Shown here: positions 1 through 12,899 of the stretch, piece after piece
Layout: each line of letters opens with the position of its first letter
Numbering within the stretch: the first letter of the stretch is position 1
Origin: Octopus vulgaris
Taxonomy: Eukaryota
DNA: 64,000 bases
NCBI GenBank assembly: GCA_951406725.2
Contig: OX597823.1
Coordinates: forward strand, 80,724,001 to 80,788,000
Direction: 5' to 3'
The notes under the pieces: model-generated
Told to the model about the DNA's origin: nothing
Database searches by the model: none
Seen by the model: only the letters and a program-made list of their open reading frames with translations
Made by a program: the position numbers and the translations under genes

Positions 1-571
1 CTCTTTGTCCATGTTTGGATTATCTATTTTAGTTTCTGGTTTTTTCTTTCTTTTGTCTTTTTAGTTTTTGTTTTTCGTATAGAGAAGACAAAAGAAGCGA
101 ACAACCTGACACTTGTTTCGATTTTATTCGGAGCATTGAAGCGGCGAGCTGGCAGAACCGTTAGCACGCCGGAAAAAAATGCTTAGCGGCATTTCGTCTA
201 CCTTTACGTTCTGCGTTCCAGTTCTGCAGGGGTTAACTTTGCTTTTCATCCTTTCTAAGTCGATAAAATAAGTAACAACTAAGTACAGAGGTCGATGTAA
301 CTGATTTCTCCACACTTCAAAAATGCCAAAATAAGAATGATTTATATTTTGAGTCTTCTTCAGAAGCCGTCTCCGTCAGCTTCTGTCCGCAGAGAAATAC
401 AATGGCTTTATTAGACTACCTGTGACCCGTTTGGTCACCAGGAAAGTCTGAGATTCCCAGGAACAGAGTTTTGTTTCATGATTTTTTTGTCTTTTCCAGG
501 TTATTTCGCATGCTTTCAGCGAATGTCATATCGAAATCGCGCTTAAACGGCTTCTTTCCCCAGAAAAGGTA

Positions 572-686
572 AGATTTGGCTGCTATTTCTAGCACGCCCT
601 GCTACCACGTAACAGGTATTTCGGATCCTTTATCGCAAATAGCTATTACGTGGTAGCAGGGCGTGCTAGAAATAGCAAACAAATCT
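572..686. repeat. Inverted repeat with 41-bp arms and 33-bp spacer
   Basis: agatttggctgctatttctagcacgccctgctaccacgtaa / ttacgtggtagcagggcgtgctagaaatagcaaacaaatct. Confidence 0.85.
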
Positions 687-1322
687 TTGGAGGTGCGATA
701 CGTTGAATGCATTCGAAAAAAAAACTATGGAAAAAAATTATTTCACACAGAGGTTACGAACTGGTCTTTTACGAAATATTTACCGTATTTTAAAGTCATT
801 TTTACTTTAAAATGTTTTTTAAATATGCCAAAAGAAATTTTTTGTAAAGGTATTCACTTGAAAATAATTGTTAAAAAACATTAAAATATTGTTTAAAGAA
901 ATTAAAATATAAATTCTTACTGTACAAACAACTTACATTTTTGAAATCACATTCACTTAAAGGATATTTCTAAATGATTAAAATATTGTGTGCTCAAAAG
1001 TGTCCAAAAAATACTATATAAGATGGGAATCGCAATTCGTAACAAATGGACACATTTTTATGCATTCTAACTTTGTTGTAGCAGATCATATGCATATGAA
1101 ACAGTAATGCTGTGAAACTGCTGGAAATAAACCGTGGTCCCGATTCTTTCGGTGTCGGCTGGGCTAGAAAGGGTGTTGCCCTGGCAACTAGGGCAACACC
1201 CCTACATCCGCCACTGGCATAAGCGTTGCTTTTTTTTTTTGCCGCACCGCTACGTTGAGGAAACGAAAATGAAGAGAGGATGCGCAGTTTTTGTATTGTG
1301 TGAAGGATTGAGCAGATAGGGA

Positions 1323-1457
1323 CACTAGCGTAGATAAACGGGGGTGGTCCGCCCCGGGCAGCACTTTTATTGGGGCAGGACCACTTTTAGGTCTGCTGTA
1401 GGCAATATGTACTTTTGAGGGGCCCCGCGGGCGGCGCACACTCTAGCTACGCTAGTG
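1323..1457. mobile_element. hAT-like MITE
   Basis: TIR cactagcgtag / ctacgctagtg. 8-bp TSD gataggga / gataagga (7/8 match). Confidence 0.75.
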
Positions 1458-2994
1458 GATAAGGATGTGTACATGTGTGTGCGTTTTATATTTTCTCTGG
1501 GAGGAAACTGGTAGCTTTTGTTGTGAATATATTTGTGTGTGAGTGTATGTAATTATTTAGACAAAGGTTCGTGTGACAAGAATATTTTGCGTGTTAATGC
1601 GAATGTGTGCAAGTATGCGCGCGTATCGTGTTAATACGTATGTGTACTTTTGAAGGATATTTTTTTTTGTATGTATTAATGGAATGGGATGGAAACTGAA
1701 TAGGAAATGTAGAAAGCTTGTTTGTTTTGGTTGTGGATGTGGGTTTGAAGGGTACGGGTAGGGATACGTGTGTATATTTAAGTATTGTTATATATAGTAA
1801 TGTTTTATATATACGTGTGTGTGTTTGTAGATTGTGTGTCTCAGTGTACGCGTTTCTTTTGTGTGGATTTGTCAGCGAGTAAACTTCGCGGTATTTACAC
1901 TATTTTGTGGTTGTGTGAATGTGGGAATATATTGTGTACGTAGCTTTTATATGTGAGAGTTCGGCTCGGTGTATTTGTTGTGTTGGCGCATACAAATTTC
2001 GTCGTGGCATTAGTTGGGTATTATAATTGTATTGCTGACCAGTGGCATTGCTAACACGAGAGCAAAGGCAGCGACTGTTCCCCGCGAGCACATTTTTCAA
2101 AATTGGCGCCTTTTCAGCAATTTCTTTCAACTCTTTAGTTACCTATATCAGTACTTGTAGGGGTAAAAATCCCGCACGATTTTCACTAAGAAAAAAAAAA
2201 AATTTCCAATGATTCTGGGATAGGGAGGGGTCCCCCCCCTTTTCCGAACTAAAATAAGGAGTTTGCAGCACATTAAGGAGGTCAAGGTACTTGATTCCAC
2301 ACAAAAAATCCGTGTTTTTATTTTCTTGATGAAAATCGTGCGGGTGTACTTACGAAAATTAATCCTCGTGGTTTTCATACATAATGACATTGTTACTGAA
2401 ACGAAATTAATGAATGTAGAATATAATTACGTATATTATAACTAATTAAACATTTCGCGTAAAATAAATGCGTGACTGTCTGGTAAGAAACTTGCTTCCC
2501 AACAACCTGGTTCTGGGTTCACTCCCACTGCGTGACACCTTGGGCGAATGTCCTCTTCTAAAGTGTTGAGAGTGGATTTGGTAGACGGAAATTGGAAGTA
2601 GTCCGCCGCATATATATATACATATACATGTGTGTATATGTGTCTTTTTGTCTGTATTTGTCCCCTCACCACTGCTTGACAACGGATGTTGGTGTGTTTG
2701 CGTCCCCGTAACTTAGTGGTTCGACAAAAGTGACCGATAGAATAAGTATCAGGTTTAAAAAATAAGTACTTTCATTCGACTGAAATAGAAAAGAAAATTC
2801 AAGACGGTGCCCCGGCATGGCCGCAGTCTAATAATTGAAACAAGTAAAAGAGTAAAAGAATGCGATGTTATTTCCATTTGTATTCCATATAACTATGAAA
2901 TTAGGGCCCAAGCTACAGTTTGCAATCCACAGAGACTTCAAAATAATTGTTAAGCATATGCTTTCAAGTTTTCTGAGATCTTGTAGTGTAAATT

Positions 2995-3430
2995 TAATCC
3001 TTGGCTCGGATTAATAGCTCCTCAGTTCTGGAGTCGTCGGGGTTATCCAGAAGTGATGGAAAGAGACCAGATGGTCTTACCCTCTGTCCCTGGTTTAGAG
3101 GTAGGTGCCTCATTTGAGACACCACAGTCTGCCACTCCTTTGCTCCCTCCCACATCCTAGATGCTGCAGTTAATGGGAGGGTCACTGCTTCCGTAGCCGA
3201 ACGGAAGAAAACCCTGAAGTATCGGGACCTGACAGTGAACTATCTCTTCCAACCTGTGGCGTTTGAGACGTTCGGAGGACTGGGTCACTACTAACCGTAA
3301 AGTCCTTATCAATTTTGGCAGCTCGCTTCACCGAGGTGTCATGTGACGCCGGTGAGGGCGCTTGGCTTTCCCAACGCCTTAGCTCGCCATCGCCCGTGGT
3401 AATGCTGCGAGTGTGCTGGCTTGCTTCAGT
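2995..3430 (+). mobile_element. CRE/SLACS-like non-LTR retrotransposon, restriction-like endonuclease fragment (decayed)
   Basis: [30 protein letters not shown]...AERKKTLKYRDL..YLFQPVAFETFGGLG ... QRLS/AIARGNAASVL is the typical CRE RLE C-terminus, with stops and frameshifts. Confidence 0.8.
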
Positions 3431-3818
3431 AGGTTCCGTTAAACCTTGTGGTGTGCGATCAATTGCTATGATGAAAAGCACAATTCCCCACAAATGGTTT
3501 CAATACAGTTTTAAGAGAAAGATTTGGAAGAATTAGATGAAAGTTCCCCGGTAATTTTCTTTCAAGTAAATGTTCATGTTGATTTAAAAATTTGCCAGCA
3601 AAATCTTATACAATGACGATGTTCTAAAAGATGTACCTGTTTATACATTAGATATGAAAATAAGAATTTTATAAAACCTCCAAGAGCATCTCTAAAGCTT
3701 GCTCGACGTGTTTAGATTAGCATACAAATCTTCCCCAAACATATGTTCAGAAATTAAGGGTAGCTTATTTACATTTTGTTAGGGACAAGAGATGGGGCTA
3801 GAACTTCAACGCTGATAA

Positions 3819-4050
3819 GGCGGCGAGCTGGCAGAAACGTTAGCACGCCGGGCGAAATACGTAGCCGTATTTCGTCTGCCGTTATGTTCTGAGTTCAAAT
3901 TCCGCCGAGGTCGACTTTGCATTTCATCCTTTCGGGGTCGATAAATTAAGTACCAGTTACGCACTGGGGTCGATGTAATCGACTTAATCCGTTTGTCTGT
4001 TCTTGTTTGTCCCCTCAGTGTTTAGCTCCTTGTGGGCAATAAAGAAATAA
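3819..4050 (+). mobile_element. SINE family ggcggcgagctggcagaaacgttagcacgcc; copies at about 141-330, 14948-15340, 29645-30300, 39102-39300, 41756-41970, 57618-57685 (+) and 5700-5915 (-)
   Basis: Repeated head with B-box-like gagttcaaattcc and shared core gactttgcctttcatcctttcggggtcg. Confidence 0.85.
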
Positions 4051-4472
4051 GAACTTCGATGCTGAATGAAGTACCAAAAGTTTAAGCTAATCAACGACGC
4101 TCGAGGAGATCTATTATGCATCGCTCAGGGTTTTGGCTATGTTGAACACCAATTAATAGTCTGTAAATGAAGTATGTTTGTTGATACGGTCTTGGTCTTT
4201 GATTTATACGTGTATCTTAAAATATCACATTAGTTGAATTTGGAAAGCTCTTTTTACGCACGCACGCACGCGAACACACACATATACACACTCCTTGAAT
4301 TATTCTTAACTAACTAAAAATATCTTTTAGATACATTATTAAAATAACTTTCGAGATGACCTTTCGCAGTTATGAATTGTCAGCTGTTTATAAACTTTCT
4401 TTATGACGTCATGTATTATTATTGTTGTTGTTGTTGGTGTTGTTGTTGTTGTTATTATTACTATTGTTATTA

Positions 4473-4522
<50 letters not shown>

Positions 4523-5656
4523 TCATCATAATATATTTGTTATCCTTCAGTCTCGCTCCAAATACTAGGCCTCACAAAAGCTGATAATTATTGCTCGTTG
4601 CCTTACATTGATATCGTAACAAAGATACATCGTGCAATCATCGACTGGCGACATCGTGCAATCATCGACTGGCGCGGAGTCATTCACTGATACATTTCAA
4701 GCTTACTCTAGTACATTTGTTGTCTATTCGCTTTGCCTTTTCTACTGTAATTTCAACGGTCTCTGCCTAAACCAAGCTAGCTGGTTATGTAACATTGCCG
4801 CTAAAACCAATCCGACACTCATCTCTTTCTTCCCTTCAGCCACACTGTTCCGTCTCTTCAGCCATATTGTTCCTAACCCATTCTCTGGTGGTGATCCCTG
4901 CTGTACTCTTTCACCACAACTTTCTCTCACTCTTACTTCCTGTTTCTGTTGTACCTGTATTTCAAAGGGCCGGCCTTGTCACTCTCTGTGTCATGCTGAA
5001 TATCCCCGAGAACTACGTTAAGGGTACACGTGTCTGTGGAGTGCTCAGCTACTTACACGTTAATTTCACGAGCAGGCTGTTCCGTTGATTCAGATCAACC
5101 GGAACCCTCGTCGTCGTAACCGACGGAGTGCTTCCACAATTCTCTGCAGAATGTCAATCCCAAGGAATTTCCTTCACGTCTCCGCTTTTCTTACGGTTGT
5201 CAACTCCCAGAACTTCGAGAACAATAAAAACCGCGTCAATCTCACCAATCTACGAGTATTTATTTGCGTTACAGGCGCTGTTTCTTTTTCCTGTCCTCCT
5301 TTTGTTAACGAAAAAAAAAGGGGGAGTAACTTATTGAGAGCTATATTTTTTTATCGCTTAGTCAGAGGCAAGAGCAATACTCTTATTCAGGGCCTTCGAG
5401 AACGGTTGAAGGTAAAAAAATGTACCCTGAAACTAGAGACCTGTCCGGAATGCTTGTAACAGAGTGAACGTCGCAAAAGGCACGTGTTGGCTTTTAATTA
5501 GATTTGTTTTTTGTTTTATCAAAAGGGAAAGGCAGCGCCCACGATTCGTTATAGGGCCTCCGAGGCTAGTGAGAGGGAATGAGGAAGGCATACTCAAACT
5601 GGAAGCGTATAACAGAATTGAATTTGGGAACTAGTCAGTTACATCACCCCCAGTGC

Positions 5657-5704
<48 letters not shown>

Positions 5705-5920
5705 CCTTTTTACTACAGACACAAAACCTGAAAATTGAGGGAGCGGGATAGCGGATTATATCTACCCCTGTATTCAACTGGTACTTATTTTATCGACCCT
5801 GAAAGGATGAAAGGTAAAGCTGACCTCAGCGGCATTTGAACTCAATGTGCAGACAGGTGAAATGCCGCTAAGCATTTTGTCCAGCGTGCTAACGATTCTG
5901 CCAGTTCGTCGCATTAATAA

Positions 5921-6294
5921 TCTCTCTCTATATAAACGGCAGTTTGTCTGTGCGTGTTTCTGTGTGTCTGTTTGCTTGTACCCTCACCCTGACCACGGCT
6001 TTCAACCGATTCTGATGAAACTTGACACGCACATAGCCCAATGTCATAATTCAAAACTAACGCAGCCAAAATTTTGAAAAGTTCCCCCAGTTCTGAAAAA
6101 AATCGATAAATTCGACATGGGGTCGAGAATCAGAAACACGAACCACAAACTGTCTAGGGGACGCAACTCAACCTTTTTTAACTCAAAAAAAAATTTACCA
6201 TAATTTTTTTTGATATTTTTTGGCTATAACTCTCTAAAAATGCTTTATAGTTATTTCCCTTACAAACCTGAGCAACGCCGGGCGATACTGCTAG
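5921..6294 (+). mobile_element. Non-autonomous Helitron-like element
   Basis: 5' TC..tatataaa start; 3' GC-rich hairpin (gagcaacgccggg) then CTAG followed by T. Confidence 0.65.
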
Positions 6295-6417
6295 TGTGTA
6301 TATATATGTATATATATAAAATGTGTGTGTATGTGTATATATATAATGAAAATGTGTGTATGTGTATATGTATATATGTGTGTGTATATATATAAAATGT
6401 GTGTGTATGTATATATT

Positions 6418-6890
6418 ATCATCATCATCATCGTTTAGCGTCCACTTTCCATGCTAGCATGGGTTGGACAGTTCAACTGGGGTCCGGGAAGCCAGAAGGC
6501 TGCACCAGGCCCAGTCTGATCTGGCAAAGTTTCTACAACTGGATGCCCTTCCTAATGCCAACCACTCCATGAGTGTAGTGGGTGCTTTTTACGTGTCACC
6601 GGCACAGATGCCAGACGAGTGTGGCAAATGGCCACGATCGGATGGTGCTTTTTACGTGACAGATGAGGCTGGCAAACGGCCATGATCGGATGGTGCTTTT
6701 TACGTGCCACCAGCACAAGGCCAGTCGGGATGGCGCTTGCAACAGCCACGTTCGGATGGTTCTCTTACATGCCACCGGCACTGGTTTCACAGCTGCAATT
6801 TCCATTGATGATGATCGATTTTGATTTTGATTTTCACTTGCCTCAACAGGTCTTCACAAGTAGAGTTTTGTGTCCCAAGAAGGAAAGGTA

Positions 6891-6892
<2 letters not shown>
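6418..6892 (-). mobile_element. RTE 3'UTR-derived repeat with (CAT)n tail; similar copies at about 38748-39090(+), 39674-40335(-), 49506-49822(-), 52685-53190(-), 54932-55182(+), 56510-56672(-)
   Basis: Matches the 3'UTR of the RTE at 45215-45788 (ggatgcccttcctaacgccaaccactcc; internal ggtgctttttacgtgccacc repeats). Confidence 0.8.
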
Positions 6893-6950
<58 letters not shown>

Positions 6951-6963
6951 CATACATACAAAA

Positions 6964-7001
6964 CTGTCTGACGAACGGGAACGTGAAACTCTGAGTAACA
7001 G
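6964..7001 (+). ncRNA. Minimal type I hammerhead ribozyme motif
   Basis: ctgt CTGACGA acg-ggaa-cgt GAAA ctc-t-gag TA acag. All core nucleotides are present, stems I, II and III pair, and cleavage is predicted after 6997. Confidence 0.7.
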
Positions 7002-7493
7002 CTTTTGTTAAATTTCTGCTGCTTTTAAATAAAGCATATTACTCTACCTCTGGTATTTGAGTACTCTTTTTTCCACCTTGTTTCACATTTATGTGTTTAC
7101 TCCGGTATATATATATATATATAATGTGTGTGTGTATATATATATATATAAATATAAATATATATAGAAAAATACAAACTGGGACAAGAACGTAAAACAT
7201 TTAGAAGACGATACAAAAAACACGGATGGGACATTCAAAGCCTTCAATCTTCAGTCAAGAACCGGATCATCCTCGCAATTTCGGCTGATTAATCTTGAGA
7301 TTACTCCTACCTGGCCAGCCCCAAAGGAAAATCTAAGCCAAGCGCATTAGATTCCTTGGAAGAAAGCCTCGAATGTATACAAAACAAGGACACAGAAAAC
7401 CGGATGATGTTACACGAATAAGAATACAAAAATACGTAAAAACAATAATGATGTGTGTATATATAATAAAATGTGTGTGTATGTGTATATATA

Positions 7494-8007
7494 TCTATAT
7501 ATATAAAACTGTAGTTGTGTGAGTGTCTGTCCCCTTCGATTTAGATTCCTAACTACTCCCACATTTTGCGGTGCAGTTTAACCAAATTCGGGTATCTTAT
7601 AGTCGTGATTCATATCGAGCCCTTCTGGGTATTAGCGCGCGTCTACGATGAGTCTACGATTTAAAAAATAATTTAACATCATTTTTTATTCCATTTTAAT
7701 GCATAATTTTTCGTGTGTCGATGGCGGCGGAGTTGGCGTCCATGGTCACACCTGCACCTGTGTTTGCCTCTCCCCCTTCTTCCCTCCCTCGTGAAGCTGT
7801 GGGGAAGGGAGTGTAAGGAAATCAACGTCGTAATGCGTTGTCAAGGAGACCAGCGTTCTTTTAGAACAACGACTTCATGGCTTGAAGACACCAAAACAGA
7901 AATGGCTAAGAAAGCCTGAATTGGCATCTATAAGGGAAGTAACTCTCTAAAAATGCTTATATAGTTATTTCCCTTACAAATCCGAGCAACGCCGGGCGAT
8001 ATTGCTA

Positions 8008-8008
<1 letters not shown>
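7494..8008 (+). mobile_element. Non-autonomous Helitron-like element
   Basis: Same termini as 5921-6294: TC start, ccgagcaacgccgggcgatattgCTAG|T. Confidence 0.7.
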
Positions 8009-8075
<67 letters not shown>

Positions 8076-8572
8076 AAGAAGAAGAAGAACGCCCAGAGAG
8101 CGCAAACCCCCGCCAAGGCAACTCCAACGTCCTCTCAACGATTAGCCAGTGACGATTTTTTAAATGAGAATACCTGAAATAAACTCGGCGGCTCTCACAA
8201 ACGAGAATACTAAAAATGAACCCCACCGCTCTCAAAAATTAAGTAAAAAAAAAAACAGGAAAAATAATACAGAAACCTTGTCCTGGTACCGGATCGGTTC
8301 CAAAATCTAATCAGTTCGTGCCAGTCACAAGGCCAAACATCCCTGAAAGTTTCATCCGAATCCATCCAGCGGTTCTTGAGATATCTTGTCCACCGACAAA
8401 CAAACAGGAGTGAAAACGATACCCGCGCCTTTGTTAAGGAGGAGCTAATAATCCTTTCTACAATAGGCACACGGCTTGAAATTCTGGGGGAGGGGCTAGT
8501 CGATTACTTTCACATCAGTGAGCAACTGGTACTTATTTTGTGGACGACGAGTTAAGTCTATCCCCAAAGTAA

Positions 8573-8742
8573 GCGTAGGAGTGGCTGTGTGGTAAGTAGC
8601 TTGCTTACGAACCACATGGTTCCGGGTTCAGTCCCACTGCGTAGCACCTTGGGCAAGTGTCTTCTACTATAGCCTCGGGCCGACCAAAGCCTTGTGGGTG
8701 GATTTGGTAGACAAAAACTGAAATAAGCCCGTCGTATATATG

Positions 8743-8820
<78 letters not shown>

Positions 8821-9030
8821 TGTGCCTGTTATTGTCCTCACAACATCGCTTGACAACCGATGCTGGTGTGTTTACGTCCCCGTAACTTAGCGGTTCGGCA
8901 AAAGAGACCGATAAAATAAGTACTAGGCTTACAACGAATAAGTCCTGGGATCGATTTGCTCGACTAAAGGCGGTGCTCCAGCATGGCCACAGTCAAATGA
9001 CTGAAACAAGTAAAAGAGTAAAAGAGTAAA
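8573..9030 (+). mobile_element. SINE with internal (TA)n(TG)n; copies at about 2470-2858, 15670-16071, 25193-25592 (+) and 13365-13740, 14160-14515, 43972-44355, 54170-54525 (-)
   Basis: tRNA-like head gtggctgtgtggtaag...gggttcagtccc, conserved body and 3' end gactgaaacaagtaaaagag. Confidence 0.85.
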
Positions 9031-9461
9031 CTGCCGAAACAAAGACCGCGAGGCATCTAGTCCAACGTTCTTTCAGATCCGCCAATCCATTACAATCCAT
9101 TATTTTTTTAAAAATATGATTGACTCTGCAAAGATGAAAGCAAAATTGATCTCGCCAGTATTTGAACTCAAAGTGCAGAAAGTCGGAACAAATGCCGTGT
9201 TTTAGCAACTCTTGTCATTCTTTGTTGCTTCGTAAAATGTCTGTTTACCTCAGTGGATTCCGAATCCAAAACTGAGTACGGTAAATCAATTGGGCCCTCC
9301 ACAATCTTTATTTTAATTTTTGTTTGATTATTCTTCACAGCTGTTTTTGATAGAATATCCTATCTTCATAGTTTTTCCTTAATAGCTTTTAATAATGGAA
9401 GGCAAGGTTTATGATATCGGAGGAATATCATCTTCTTCCATCATCTTTTTCTTGTTCTTTA

Positions 9462-9844
9462 TGTAGTGCAGGCTTTCGGCAAGCGAAGAGAAAAGACTTC
9501 AAGTACAACTGCTATTTACAATTTGTTTATTTTGCAGGAAAGGTGAAGTGTGCTGCTCTCAGCTACCATCTTAAGCTCCGATAGCGTGGGCGCATAGCCA
9601 CTGGAGATAGACAGGCAGAAGGCTCAGCCAGTGTTGGTGTTCAGCCAGTGCCGCTGTGTAATGGCGCCGAAGAAGAAGAGACAGGACTGAATCGGTTTTC
9701 CGTCTACATCGTTTCCATCGCGAGCTTCGTTGTGATCTCGCGCATGGCAAATGGATGCAGGTGAGGTCTCGCTCCAGTCTCGGAGATGGCAATGGCTGCC
9801 GCGAGATCTCACCCGATATGGCGTTGGCTGTTTGTGCCGCTACA
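9462..9844 (-). mobile_element. Solo-LTR-like unit
   Basis: GC- and CpG-rich 383-bp block bounded by TGTAGTG...CGCTACA. AATAAA on the - strand about 65 bp from the end. No TSD found. Confidence 0.5.
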
Positions 9845-10028
9845 AGCTTTTTCTAAATAGATGTTTTTCATCGGTGTGTTCTAATTGCTGTAGCATAATA
9901 TTCATTTAATATGTAAACACAAGGCTCCATATTTCTTGCATCAAACTGTGCAAATATATGACGTTCATGTATTTTCTAAAGATATTAATGAAGTGATTCA
10001 AATTTAGAAAAGAGTAAAAGTTGGATCA

Positions 10029-10221
10029 CTCGTAACATTAGCTACAGAACTGGAAATAATTTTAAATTGGCCTTGAGACGTCATAATATCTCGTAACATT
10101 AGCTACAGAACTGGAAATAATTTTGAATTGGCCTTGAAGCGTCATAATATCTCGTAACATTAGCTACAGAACTGGAAATAATTTTAAATTGGCCATAATG
10201 CCTTGAGACGTCATAATATCT
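10029..10221. repeat. 61-bp tandem repeat, about 3 copies
   Basis: Unit ctcgtaacattagctacagaactggaaataattttaaattggccttgagacgtcataatat starts at 10029, 10090 and 10151. Confidence 0.92.
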
Positions 10222-10485
10222 TGCAAATCCATGCGGACCAACAGATAGTTATTGTTCGTGTCCATCTTCGCATTTTCCACCTTTCTTATTGTACAACAAA
10301 GAAGACCAGGAGTTACTACGAATGTTCCTGACTGTCTGCCATATGTTGCGTTACCGCATGAACTACTATACAAACTTATCGACGGGAGTGTTTCATTATC
10401 CCTGCCTGTCATTATGCCTTGCTTTTGCTCCCGAAAAGCAAGCAGACACTAATGTCTCATTCATCAAGCTGTCAGTTCCATACCA

Positions 10486-11039
10486 CTGGCCAGGACGCGA
10501 AATGTTTTTTTTCCCCACGAGAATTCCGGACCCCAGTTATGAACTCATTTGCATACAGCCATTCAGAGCTCAACTATCAAACTAATTCACGAGCGCATAA
10601 CAAGTGATGGGCTATAAGAAAATGACCATGCCTCTTTTCTCTTTTAATAATGCTTCTTGATCGTGTTCTTGTTTCAACCATGGCTGCCTCTGCGTAGTTA
10701 TTTGTGTGGTTGTTTACTTTCTAAAACAGTAAGGGGATAGGGTTGCTAGCACATCACCCTCTACCCACATTTTTCCCATCCACATCTTTACCATATGTGG
10801 TCCTAACAAAATCTGATAATAGGTATAGATGCAAATCTAGCTAATTATATGTCTCCTTCTAAAATCAGGCATAACTTGGCGATCGGTCGGTTTACAACAC
10901 CATTCTTCATCTTGAATTTACTTGGTAAAGTGTGTTTGTTAACTTCACAACATGGTCAAGGTAAGCTCTGATTGGCTGAATGCAAATGAGTTCATTACTG
11001 GGGTCCGGAACTCTCGTGGGGAAAAAATTTCGCTGCCAG
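10486..11039. mobile_element. MITE-like element with about 75-bp inverted termini
   Basis: 10497-10570 is the reverse complement of 10964-11033 with few mismatches. Confidence 0.7.
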
Positions 11040-12335
11040 GACATCCTCTAAGACGAGGGCATACAAAACATCCATCTTTTCAAAAGGCAATGCAGGTCAA
11101 CTTTCTCCTTGCTTAGTTTTGGGTAAATTCCTCAGCCATAGAGACAGAGTCCCCCCATAGCACACACCCCCGACTAAATTTGCTTCTTTAAATGACTCTT
11201 GTTCATATTTAAAATTTCTTTATTGTGGCAACAGTTGCAAAGCTGCGTGTCGTCGCCCTCGTTATTGTAGTGGAAGCAGTTGTTATTATTTCTGTTGTTG
11301 TTATTGGTATGCATGTCGTCAAACTTGCTTTCATTCGTTTATAAAAAGATTTCACAGGAATAATAATTGTTTTTGTTCGTTTTACCATATTTTTGCTCGA
11401 TTTTGTGTGTGTGTGTGTTTCTTTTTGTGCAGCTGTCAAGGTTTATGTCTGAGGGGGCGTTTTGTTTTGACTGTCAGCTTACTGAAAAAAAGAAAGAAGT
11501 GTCTAACAATGTTTCTTTTTCACCTAATTTGGACAAAAAATCTCAAGCAAACAAAATTCTCACCTTTCTCAGAGACATACCTTACGAACTGATACTGATA
11601 AAGTCACCTAATTTTGAAAAAATGGATTAATAAATACTAAAATATAATCCAGAAACGAGAGCGTTGAGAAGCGTACAGTAAGATTTCTTTAAAGTAAAAT
11701 TTAATTACCAACATAATATGGCTGTCCTACAAGGGACGGTGTTACTGTTTATTAGCCCCAAGAAACATCATTTCTAACTGGTTATACGACACATTATCTG
11801 TTTCCTTATATTTTCGGCTGATACTATGAGCCAATGACTAAAAAAATGTGATTAATTTTTCCTAATAAAACGTGTGGTTCTTGCTGTATAATATAATTTT
11901 TCGATCACTCTTCGCTTGCGTGCATTTATCATTTATCATTGTAAGGGTGTTACTTCTATTTTCCGTAGCCATTTTTTGTAAATTTATGTCGACAAACATT
12001 GACAAAAATTATTTAGATTTTTTTTTTCATCCAGATTCTCTATGGAAAGTGTTCCATATTTTCCGAACACTCCTGTATAAAAACAAATTTTTTGAAAATA
12101 TATAGTAGGAAGTTGTACTTGATAAAATCCAGCGCTTTGAAGGGCGATTTCAAAACACGTTTGAACTGGTCAGTAGTCAATAACAACCTTATCTATAATA
12201 GGAAAAAAGCCTGAAATTTTTCGCGGGGTCGTCGGGTGGCTAGTTGATTACATCGAACCCAGTGCTTAACTGGTATTTATTTCATCGACTCCAAAAGGAT
12301 GAAAGGCAAAGTCGACTTTGGCAGCATTTGAACTC

Positions 12336-12387
<52 letters not shown>

Positions 12388-12899
12388 GTAATGATAATGA
12401 TAACGATGATGATGATGATGATGGTGATGATAATAATAATAATGATTTAAGTACCAGTTACGCACTGGGGTCGATCTAATCGACTGGCTCACTCCCCTAA
12501 AATTTCGGGCCTTGTGCCTAGATTACAAAAGAACATACTACACACTATACATATAATTAGCCAACGTTTCTAACTAGGAAAAAAAAAATGAAGAAAACGG
12601 GGTACAGGGATTTCCCGTGTTATGGAAGCGCTGTATTCCTGAAAAATCTTGTTGTAACGTGAATTCCATAACGCAAAACACACTTGTCATGGAAGTTAAT
12701 GGAAACTAAGTTTCACGTTACGGTAACTTTTTCAGAGGCCCGTAACGCAGGAGATGCCAGTTGACATCAGATTTGGAATGCCTTTTATTAGATCTACTCG
12801 ATAACCAATTGCACACAAGATGAAGCAGCCATTAGTGTGCGAAAGCTATTAATTGTTCAGTTGCCACTATAATAGAAATACATCTAATGGTCCCTTTTG

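Noticed and set aside
4627-4674. Exact 24-bp direct duplication at the start of a 129-aa ORF
   Set aside because: Simple local tandem duplication. The ORF runs into a SINE and has no recognisable domain.
7150-7450. Small TA-flanked element with CTGAAGA and GAAA on the - strand and tcctcg on the + strand (similar at 23041-23240), considered as hammerhead or HDV-like ribozyme
   Set aside because: I could not build a consistent secondary structure by hand; it needs a covariance-model search.
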